Shown here: positions 17,596-24,000 of the stretch, one piece after another | Position numbering within the stretch: the first letter of the stretch is position 1 | How the letters are laid out: each line of letters begins with the position of its first letter | Source: an uncultured Desulfocapsa sp. | Lineage (GTDB): Bacteria; Desulfobacterota; Desulfobulbia; Desulfobulbales; Desulfocapsaceae | DNA: 24,000 bases | Direction: 5' to 3' | NCBI GenBank assembly: GCA_964538055.1 | Contig: CAZIDU010000003.1 | Coordinates: 40,594-64,593 of the forward strand | Position numbers and translations under genes: made by a program | Notes under the pieces: model-generated | Seen by the model: the letters and a program-made list of their open reading frames with translations, nothing else | Databases searched by the model: none | Told to the model about the DNA's origin: nothing

Positions 17596-17646
17596 ATTAG
17601 CTAGTTAGAAGCACGGATCGTAGACAAGAGTATACAAAAAATAATT

Positions 17647-18711
17647 TTACAATTTCCAAAACCTTTTTGCAACATCCCTCGCCTGATCAATTGCAGGATG
17701 CACGGATTTTTTCTCACTAAGGTTTACTGCCTGCTTATGATCCAGATTTGTTGAATAGCCGGTGTCTAAAGATTCACCCAGAAGTTCAGACAACACAGCC
17801 ATGGCCCCATCACGCTGACCTGTTAAATTGTAACCACCTTCCAGCGTAACTAACAGCTTTCCTTCACACACTTCTTCTGCCAACTGTACCATACTTCTGG
17901 TAAGATAGGCAAACCCACCGGCCATAACCTCCATGGCTCCGAGCGGGTCATCCTTATAAATATCGAAACCACAGGATATAAGGATCAGTTCCGGTTTATA
18001 CTCTTTGCCTATCGGTACAATAATATCATCAAAAATTGTTGCATAATCACTATCGCCCTGATACCCGGGTAGAGGAATATTTACCGTATACCCCTCCCCC
18101 TTTCCCCTTCCTGTTTCATGCATATCACCACTTCCAGGATAAAAAGGGAATTGATGTGTTGAGACATAAAGCACCTTATCGGTATCATAAAATGAATTTT
18201 GAGTACCATTGCCATGGTGGAGATCCCAATCCACAATCATCACCCGTTTTATACCACAATGGGAAATCGCATACTGAGCAGCCACAGCAACATTGTTAAA
18301 CAAACAAAACCCCATGGACCTGTCTGTTTCAGCATGATGTCCCGGAGGTCGCACCAGAGCAAACCCATTATCAATTTCTCCTGACTCAAGGAGGTCAACA
18401 CCTTTAATAAGTGCACCCGCAGCAAGAATGGCTGCCGCATAAGAATCCGGTGAGGTTTTGGTGTCTGGATCCAATGAATCAAAGATCTTTCCGGCGGTTT
18501 CTGCCACTCGGTTAATGAGATCTTTGCCATGATTCAATCCGATGATTTTATGGGGGGCCGAATCAAATTTCGGATACACGAAACAATCCCTTACCTCTTT
18601 TTTATCAAGCACCTCATAGATTACTTTTAAGCGATGGGGAGATTCGGGATGATCAAACCCGGGGTCATGATCTAAAAAAAGAGAATCTCTGAATATTGCT
18701 GTTTTACGCAT
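17647..18711 (-). CDS. Histone-deacetylase-family Zn-dependent deacetylase / amidohydrolase (AcuC / acetylpolyamine-amidohydrolase-like)
   Basis: The 354-aa ORF carries RPPGHHAE, the metal-binding IVDWDLHHGNGTQ, and GGY near the C-terminus. Confidence 0.9.
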   Translation of the reverse strand: MRKTAIFRDSLFLDHDPGFDHPESPHRLKVIYEVLDKKEVRDCFVYPKFDSAPHKIIGLNHGKDLINRVAETAGKIFDSLDPDTKTSPDSYAAAILAAGALIKGVDLLESGEIDNGFALVRPPGHHAETDRSMGFCLFNNVAVAAQYAISHCGIKRVMIVDWDLHHGNGTQNSFYDTDKVLYVSTHQFPFYPGSGDMHETGRGKGEGYTVNIPLPGYQGDSDYATIFDDIIVPIGKEYKPELILISCGFDIYKDDPLGAMEVMAGGFAYLTRSMVQLAEEVCEGKLLVTLEGGYNLTGQRDGAMAVLSELLGESLDTGYSTNLDHKQAVNLSEKKSVHPAIDQARDVAKRFWKL

Positions 18712-18728
18712 AATTGTTCCTCATCTTA

Positions 18729-19310
18729 CTATCGGCTTCCCGTAATAATACGTTTTTCAGTTATAATGTAGTCGAGCAACTCATCATGGACTTGCAGGGG
18801 GGCCCGCTTAACCACCTGCATCTCATAGGCCAGTCCAACACGCAGAGCCTGTGGAGCTTTTTGTGAGACAAACCGATCATAGTATCCACCGCCATAGCCC
18901 ATTCTGCCGCCCTGTTCATCAAAAACCGACCCTGGAAGAAAAATAATATCTATGTTCTCAGGAGCAAACATCTGTTTATCACGAATCTCTTGTATTGGCT
19001 CAGGAATGGAGCAATACCCAGGGGCGAGTTCACTGTCCAGATTGCTTATGGAAACAGCTAACAGATCTTTTTCTTTAACAAGTGTAACGGGTACCAGCGC
19101 TGTTTTACCACAATCCAATATATGCTCTATCAAGGGGCGGGTGGCTACCTCAGAGCGAAAATCAACATAGGTAAAAATAGTATTGGCGGAATCAAACCAG
19201 GTCGCATGAAGGAGACGCCTCATGATAGCCATCCCCTTGTTCCGCTGCTCAAGAGCGGAGAGCATGTCACGTTGTATCAAAGTGTCTTTTCGTAATTTTC
19301 TGGAATTCAT
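18729..19310 (-). CDS. 5-formyltetrahydrofolate cyclo-ligase
   Basis: The 193-aa ORF has the N-terminal K..LRK..L..R pattern and the C-terminal GRMGYGGGYYDRF motif characteristic of MTHFS/YgfA. Confidence 0.9.
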   Translation of the reverse strand: MNSRKLRKDTLIQRDMLSALEQRNKGMAIMRRLLHATWFDSANTIFTYVDFRSEVATRPLIEHILDCGKTALVPVTLVKEKDLLAVSISNLDSELAPGYCSIPEPIQEIRDKQMFAPENIDIIFLPGSVFDEQGGRMGYGGGYYDRFVSQKAPQALRVGLAYEMQVVKRAPLQVHDELLDYIITEKRIITGSR

Positions 19311-19375
19311 ACTCTAGCTTATAGGACAAAGTGGAGAATGTCGAACCGGAAATACTTTAATTCTCTGTGAGAGTG

Positions 19376-19413
19376 AAAAAAAAATCGCAGTTTCTACAAA
19401 AGAGAAACTGCGA
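19376..19413 (-). terminator. Rho-independent terminator downstream of the yeeE-like gene
   Basis: On the minus strand, an 11-bp stem (19403-19413 pairs with 19385-19395) with a 7-nt loop is followed by a U9 run (A9 at 19376-19384 on the plus strand). Confidence 0.75.
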
Positions 19414-19469
19414 CTTTGGTACTCATAAATCCTCTGCAGTATATGCAAAGAAACTGATTGGTATACAGA

Positions 19470-20759
19470 TCACATAGGTACAATCAATTTATTGGTGTCC
19501 TCATTCCAGGTCACAACCAGGTACCAGACCATCATAATAAAAGCGATCATGGCAAGTGTCCCGCCATACCCCATAACATCTGGAAGGTAAACATAGGAAC
19601 CAAGAGCACCTGATTTTTCCAGATTTATTTCATCGGGTCCAAAGTTCTGAAACCATTTAGTCATCAGGGAATTGGCAACGGCGAAGAAAGGGACAACCAT
19701 TATGAGTTTAACCTGCCCCTCACCAACACGCCATAAAGTACCCGAACCGCAACCGCCGGCAAGCATGGCACCAAGACCAAAGATAAATCCACCAACAATT
19801 GAACCCCAACCAAAGGTTCCACGCACATAGTTGATTGGATGAAGAACAGACTCTCCACCATGAGCAACAGGTACAGCATACTTCAGTACGGCACCACCAA
19901 TGGCAAGCAACAGGATGGACAGTGCAACGGATTTAGCCAAGGTGCAATCACCAGTCATGTGCGGCTCACGAAAACCCTGCACCATACACCAACGACCACG
20001 CTGCATGGTATAACCAAGTCCTGCAGCAATTATAATAATACCGGACAGTGACGCAATATACTCTTCACTCTTATCTCCAGCCCAGGAAAAAGCTCCTTCT
20101 TCAAAACCGGCATAGGCATATGCGACCCAAACAAGTACTGCAAGGGCAGCAACTGCAAGTATGGATTGAACAACATTGGGAACGTTAATAGTTCCAGAGC
20201 CACCATCACCCCAGCTAATGTATTCCATTTCCATATAGAGAAGTTTCAGGCCCAGTAAAACACCTGCAACCAGACCAACCCACATGGTAAAACCGTTTGC
20301 AGCAAGGTTTCCAATGGCATTGTACATACCACCAACGTTACAGCCTCCGGCCAGTGTTGCACCAATACCCATCAGGATACCGGCAATAACAGCCTTTACC
20401 ATTTCACGGTAGGGTGGAATACGAAGTGCAAAATCTTTACCAAGACAGGCAGAAATAAAAGCTCCTGCGATAAAACCGACACCGATTACAGACCCTGTAC
20501 TCCCAAGAATGGCAGCTGGTGCTTCATCGTAGAGTCCAAGTAGTCCGTTCTCAGCTCCTATAATGGTATTCAAGCCATAAATAATCCAATCGCCCCAGTT
20601 ACGAATAGCTCCTACAGCTCCCCAGGGACGCCACCAGGCCATAATTAAAATTGACAGAAACGCTACAATAACCCCTGTTACCGTCGGATTCCATTCCGAT
20701 TTACAACAGGTTTTGTAAAGATCTTTCACCTTACTTCCCATCACACTTTCCTCACTCAT
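19470..20759 (-). CDS. YeeE/YedE-family sulfur-compound (thiosulfate-type) transporter, long form
   Basis: The 429-aa polytopic ORF carries the two conserved Cys-containing half-repeats GGCNVGG and GGCGSGT, plus an N-terminal CC pair (KTCCKSEW). A strong SD (GGAAGGAGGAG) lies 5 nt before the ATG. Confidence 0.9.
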   Translation of the reverse strand: MSEESVMGSKVKDLYKTCCKSEWNPTVTGVIVAFLSILIMAWWRPWGAVGAIRNWGDWIIYGLNTIIGAENGLLGLYDEAPAAILGSTGSVIGVGFIAGAFISACLGKDFALRIPPYREMVKAVIAGILMGIGATLAGGCNVGGMYNAIGNLAANGFTMWVGLVAGVLLGLKLLYMEMEYISWGDGGSGTINVPNVVQSILAVAALAVLVWVAYAYAGFEEGAFSWAGDKSEEYIASLSGIIIIAAGLGYTMQRGRWCMVQGFREPHMTGDCTLAKSVALSILLLAIGGAVLKYAVPVAHGGESVLHPINYVRGTFGWGSIVGGFIFGLGAMLAGGCGSGTLWRVGEGQVKLIMVVPFFAVANSLMTKWFQNFGPDEINLEKSGALGSYVYLPDVMGYGGTLAMIAFIMMVWYLVVTWNEDTNKLIVPM

Positions 20760-20960
20760 ACGTCTCCTCCTTCCGTTAAATATTTGTGTTAGTAACGGTT
20801 TGTTATATAAATTAGAGTTTTCTTACCCTTGCCAACAACTTTTGTCAAGTATCTATGGAAAAAAACAACGCTTTCCTTCTTCCATAAATATATACATTTG
20901 TGTCACTAAAACAGCAAATTACCCACCTAGTGAACACTTGAATGGCCATTCATTTTGCTC

Positions 20961-20989
20961 TTGACATAATAGCACACCTAAAGTATACG
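20961..20989 (+). promoter_or_regulatory. Candidate sigma70-type promoter for the tusA operon
   Basis: A perfect TTGACA lies at 20961-20966, then a 17-nt spacer, then TATACG at 20984-20989. The -10 element is weak because it lacks the final T. This is a sequence match only. Confidence 0.3.
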
Positions 20990-21105
20990 TCTGACTATTA
21001 CTTTTTCAGTGTTTTCTTATTAAACACTGAGCGAAATTAATTAAGACTAAAAAAACAATTACGTTTATCAGTCTATCGAAACAATATTTCCAGGAGGAAA
21101 AACCC

Positions 21106-21363
21106 ATGAGTGACCTTAAAGTTGCCGAAGACGGAATTGCTGTAGCAGCCACACTTGATGCAAAGGGATTAAGTTGCCCCATGCCTCTCCTTCGTACCAA
21201 AAAAGAGATTGGAAAAATTGCCTCCGGCGAAGTTCTCCAGATAGATGGTACTGATCCCGGTTCCAGAAATGACCTTCCAGGCTGGTGTAGTCGCGCAGGA
21301 CATGAATACCTTGGTGAGAAAGAGCAGTCAGGTTATATTAGCTTTTTTGTTAAAAAAGGTTGA
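21106..21363 (+). CDS. tusA: TusA-family sulfurtransferase (SirA/YedF/YeeD-like)
   Basis: The 85-aa ORF carries the diagnostic LDAKGLSCPMPLLRTKK motif (CPxP active-site Cys). A strong SD (AGGAGGA) lies upstream. Confidence 0.9.
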   Translation: MSDLKVAEDGIAVAATLDAKGLSCPMPLLRTKKEIGKIASGEVLQIDGTDPGSRNDLPGWCSRAGHEYLGEKEQSGYISFFVKKG

Positions 21364-21423
21364 TTTTAAGCTTCGTTTAATTTTCTTATCTACCACTAAA
21401 TAATTAATTTCCTGGAGGATAGT

Positions 21424-21741
21424 ATGTCCAAAAGTCTCGGAATATTTGTGACCAACCCTGACCAGTTCAAACATGTCATGGGAATAACCAAAGCTGCCAA
21501 AGCTAAAGGTTCCAACGTTAAAGTATTTTTCAGTTGGGATGCCACTCATAATGCTAAAAAAGAAGCCGGTTTTCCTGAGCTTTGTAAAATAGCTGATGAT
21601 GTATCTATCTGTGTCGATAGTTACAAAAACATGGGATACGATATTAACGATGTTCCCGAGGGACTTGATCCCCAAAAAATGGCTACCCAGGCTCAGCACG
21701 GAATAATCATTGAAGATTACGATTGTTACTTAAGTTTATAG
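21424..21741 (+). CDS. DsrE-like (DsrE/DsrF/DsrH fold) small sulfur-relay protein
   Basis: The 105-aa ORF matches the DsrE-family pattern: LGIFVTNP, then KAAKAKGSNVKVFFSWDA, then a conserved-position Cys in VSICVDSYKNMGY. The SD GGAGGA lies upstream. The assignment comes from pattern recognition, not from a search. Confidence 0.7.
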   Translation: MSKSLGIFVTNPDQFKHVMGITKAAKAKGSNVKVFFSWDATHNAKKEAGFPELCKIADDVSICVDSYKNMGYDINDVPEGLDPQKMATQAQHGIIIEDYDCYLSL

Positions 21742-21750
21742 GAGTTTCCC

Positions 21751-22062
21751 ATGGAATATAATAAAGTATGCCTGATGTACCGCAACCAGAGTTGTACCGT
21801 TGATGGTATTCGTTCAGCCCTTGGGCTGGCTGTTGAAAATATGTACGCCTATGGCTGCGTTATGGATGAACCTAAGATGGAGAAATTCAACGAGCTTCAG
21901 GCAGAATCTCTTGAAATGCTCCGTGATATGGAAGGTGATGTTTTCGCAACAACAGCTGGAAATTGCGAACTCAATGACCTTGAGCCTATCACCATTGAAG
22001 AACTTGGTGAAAAACTTCGTGATATGACCCATATCATCCCTTACGGCATCATAAAAGCTTAG
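21751..22062 (+). CDS. Conserved-hypothetical-type small protein (103 aa), possibly a divergent DsrE/F-fold subunit
   Basis: The start lies 9 nt after the previous stop and has an AGGAG SD. The sequence is acidic and non-repetitive, with coding-like composition. There is a loose DsrF-like pattern (VDGIRSALGLAVENMYAYGCVMDE). Function is unknown. Confidence 0.6.
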   Translation: MEYNKVCLMYRNQSCTVDGIRSALGLAVENMYAYGCVMDEPKMEKFNELQAESLEMLRDMEGDVFATTAGNCELNDLEPITIEELGEKLRDMTHIIPYGIIKA

Positions 22063-22074
22063 GAGTAACTGATT

Positions 22075-22248
22075 ATGAAAATTCTTAACGTTTATCGTTC
22101 AGCACCAGATGATACTACCAAAAAACTTGTAGAAATTGTCAGCAGAGATCGTGATGCTGAGTCTTTCGACCTTAATGTGGATGCACCTGATTACGAAGCT
22201 TTGGTTGATAAAGTATTCGCAGCAGATCAAACTATTTGTTGGTGGTAG
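22075..22248 (+). CDS. Small protein of 57 aa, absent from the ORF track because it is shorter than 60 aa; last gene of the tusA operon
   Basis: My hand translation is MKILNVYRSAPDDTTKKLVEIVSRDRDAESFDLNVDAPDYEALVDKVFAADQTICWW*. AGGAG at 22061-22065 lies 9 nt before the ATG, and the start is 12 nt after the previous stop. The stop lies 26 nt before the first base of the operon terminator. Confidence 0.6.
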   Translation: MKILNVYRSAPDDTTKKLVEIVSRDRDAESFDLNVDAPDYEALVDKVFAADQTICWW

Positions 22249-22273
22249 TTTGGTAGTGGCATTTTTGTAGTTC

Positions 22274-22315
22274 AAAAAAACCCCTTACTTATATTTTAAG
22301 TAAGGGGTTTTTTTT
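22274..22315. terminator. Bidirectional rho-independent terminator between the tusA operon and the convergent serine-hydrolase gene
   Basis: A7 (22274-22280) precedes the stem ccccttactt (22281-22290), which pairs with aagtaagggg (22298-22307) around a 7-nt loop. T8 (22308-22315) follows. Confidence 0.8.
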
Positions 22316-22403
22316 AATGAAAATTTCCCAGAGAACATACATTGTGGACTTCCAATAACATTGGAGTACTGAGGGAAAAGAATTATTCAACTCTCTTTTG
22401 ACT

Positions 22404-23510
22404 TTAATCCTTTTTTCTTAAATCTGCCGCCCCCATCAACAAATCATGAAAGGCAGGCCTGAATTCTTTAATTTTCCAGTTATCGCGACCATAATGAACC
22501 CTGTTTGTTAAAAGTACCGCTATACAACTCTTTTCAGGGTCTATCCAAAAAGAGGTCCCGGTAAAACCAAGGTGACCAACGCTCGTACCTGAAAAGTGGG
22601 ATCCACTACTCGACCCTCTCTCAGATACCATATCAAATCCCATAGTCCAGGCGGAATTCCCGACCCTGGTCAAGCTATTCCTAAGTAAGCTGTTTGAATA
22701 TCCCGGATGGTACCTCCTGCCCTGCCACTGATCAAGTAACTGCTCACAAAGCCCCATAACCCCTCTAAGAGTCCCAAAAAGGCCAGCATGTCCAGCCTGC
22801 CCCCCCATGACTCTGCAATTATCATCATGTACCTTTCCTGAAAGCATTTTTTTATCCCATAAGCACATTTCAGTGCTCACATAACTATTACCCCTTGTTT
22901 TATCAAAACTCGGGAAAACGAGGTCATTTTGAAGCTCCAAAGGCCTATAAATACTTAAATGAGCCAATTCACCTATCTCTTTTCCTGTTAATTTCTCAAT
23001 TATCAGGCCTAGAAGCATGAAACCCAGATCACTATAACAATGCTTATCCCCTTTTATTGATGTTATAGTTTCTCCCATAATTTTATTTAAAAGGACTTCC
23101 TTTATGTTCTCTTTCGGTAGGAAAATCAGTTCCTTAAAATATTCCCTATGGGCGACAAACCCAGCGCTATGTGACATAAGTTGACGAATAGTTATACTTT
23201 TCTTATCTGATGGACAATCAGTATATATTTTTCCTAATTGCGTTTCAGGCGTCAAAAGCTTTTTTTTAAAAAGAGTAAGGAGTAGTGGCACGGTTGTAAG
23301 AGGTTTGGTAAGTGATGCGAGATCAAAAAAATGATCCTTTGTGAGTTTAATTTTTGATGGTTTATTCTGAGCCAATCCATAGTATTTTTCTAATCGTTTA
23401 TAACCATTCTCTGTTCTTTTTGAAAAAGCCATTGCAGCACCTGGAAAAACATTATTATTCAGGGCTGTTACAAACAAAGTATCAATTTTTTTTTCCCTTT
23501 CTTTTTCCAT
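22404..23510 (-). CDS. Beta-lactamase-fold serine hydrolase (class C beta-lactamase / PBP4*-related esterase family)
   Basis: The 368-aa ORF carries the S-x-x-K active-site motif in FDLASLTKPLT, a later YSD (Y-x-N-like) element, and HLGFTGTS (KTG-like) near the C-terminus. Confidence 0.85.
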   Translation of the reverse strand: MEKEREKKIDTLFVTALNNNVFPGAAMAFSKRTENGYKRLEKYYGLAQNKPSKIKLTKDHFFDLASLTKPLTTVPLLLTLFKKKLLTPETQLGKIYTDCPSDKKSITIRQLMSHSAGFVAHREYFKELIFLPKENIKEVLLNKIMGETITSIKGDKHCYSDLGFMLLGLIIEKLTGKEIGELAHLSIYRPLELQNDLVFPSFDKTRGNSYVSTEMCLWDKKMLSGKVHDDNCRVMGGQAGHAGLFGTLRGVMGLCEQLLDQWQGRRYHPGYSNSLLRNSLTRVGNSAWTMGFDMVSERGSSSGSHFSGTSVGHLGFTGTSFWIDPEKSCIAVLLTNRVHYGRDNWKIKEFRPAFHDLLMGAADLRKKD

Positions 23511-23752
23511 TTAAATTTCCCTGCATTTCACCCTTTTGAAGAAATGAATATATTGCTTAAAAATCTTGTCTTTTTACCCGCTTTGCACTACAGTCAGGCG
23601 AAGTAACGTTGTCAATTATCGCGTTGTTTTTCCATCTAAAAATTTATATGTTTTTTACTTTTTCAACAAACTTTTAACACCCTTTGTTAAGAGTTTATTC
23701 ATAACCCGGTTAATAAGCTGTTAAAAACGACAAATTGACAAATTTTCAGTTT

Positions 23753-23761
23753 TTATTCACA
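23753..23761 (+). promoter_or_regulatory. DnaA-box-like 9-mer TTATTCACA (fits TTATNCACA)
   Basis: There is a single exact match to the relaxed E. coli-type consensus in the AT-rich spacer 111 nt upstream of dnaN. A weaker copy, ttattcata, lies at about 23695. No cluster of boxes was seen. Confidence 0.3.
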
Positions 23762-23871
23762 ACTTATTGTTTATAAAAAAAACTATTATTTTAATATGTT
23801 ATATTCTTTTTGAACATATTAACCCCCTTAATAACAATAATAAAAAGATTATTTAATAAAGGGATACCCTT

Positions 23872-24000
23872 ATGACACTCAATTGTATTGTATCACGATC
23901 AGATTTTTTGGAAGGATTGAACAGCCTCCAAAACATCACAAATAAACGAGTTACCCTGGCTATACTCTCTAATGTTCTGATAGAAACAGCCGATGATGGG
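23872..24000 (+). CDS. dnaN: DNA polymerase III beta subunit (sliding clamp), 5' partial
   Basis: My hand translation is MTLNCIVSRSDFLEGLNSLQNITNKRVTLAILSNVLIETADDG. This matches the canonical DnaN N-terminus pattern (M.f.i.r..l...l..v......r.t.pILsnvLl.a). The frame is open to the window end. Confidence 0.85.
   Translation, partial: MTLNCIVSRSDFLEGLNSLQNITNKRVTLAILSNVLIETADDG

Noticed and set aside
19311-19469. Possible 6S RNA (ssrS) upstream of the 5-formyl-THF cyclo-ligase gene, by analogy with the conserved ssrS-ygfA linkage in proteobacteria
   Set aside because: The spacer is only 159 nt. Its centre is occupied by the intrinsic terminator of the yeeE-like gene, which leaves about 65 nt. 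That is too short for a 6S RNA of roughly 180 nt, and no long closing-stem or central-bubble architecture is apparent.
21328-21699. 123-aa minus-strand ORF antisense to the DsrE-like gene, plus the short overlapping ORFs at 21800-22027 (+) and 21814-22032 (-)
   Set aside because: They overlap well-supported, SD-preceded plus-strand genes. They have no SD, their composition is Phe/Ile/Lys-rich as expected from AT-rich antisense sequence, and they show no motifs.
1-24000. Search for CRISPR arrays, tRNA or rRNA genes, integrase/att sites, toxin-antitoxin pairs and defence-system genes
   Set aside because: I saw no regularly spaced direct repeats, no cloverleaf-like or rRNA-like segments, and no integrase, nuclease or helicase-type ORFs. 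The only mobile-element trace is the short transposase relic at about 2134-2262.

Overview
This is a chromosomal window from a bacterium with roughly mid-40s %GC. Gene content suggests an anaerobic, sulfur-cycling Desulfobacterota (Desulfobulbales-like) genome, but that is inference only because no search could be run. Coding density is high and most genes are on the minus strand. In order, the window holds:

- **1-1653:** a partial sucrose-phosphate synthase with a fused SPP-like domain.
- **About 2134-2262:** a short transposase relic.
- **2296-2904:** a MarC-family membrane protein.
- **3272-8921:** a translationally coupled TolC-MFP-RND efflux operon.
- **9288-11804:** a polar amino-acid ABC transporter operon (SBP, permease, ATPase). 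The ATPase is frameshifted at a G6 run, and the SBP-permease spacer holds a very long hairpin.
- **12043-12660:** a Pal/OmpA lipoprotein.
- **12775-19310:** an 8-ORF co-directional string: 5-formyl-THF cyclo-ligase, HDAC-family deacetylase, REC, HD-GYP, gatC, gatA, hisC, cmk. REC and HD-GYP lie in the same frame, separated by one TGA.
- **19470-22315:** a divergent sulfur-trafficking cluster: YeeE/YedE on the minus strand, then TusA, a DsrE-like protein, a 103-aa ORF and a 57-aa ORF missing from the ORF track on the plus strand.
- **22404-23510:** a beta-lactamase-fold serine hydrolase.
- **23511-24000:** an AT-rich spacer and the 5' end of dnaN, with no dnaA upstream.

I found no rRNA, tRNA or CRISPR array. 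The best candidate for a poorly described system is the YedE/TusA/DsrE-like cluster with its two small ORFs. All product calls rest on motifs I recognised by eye in the translations. No database search was possible.
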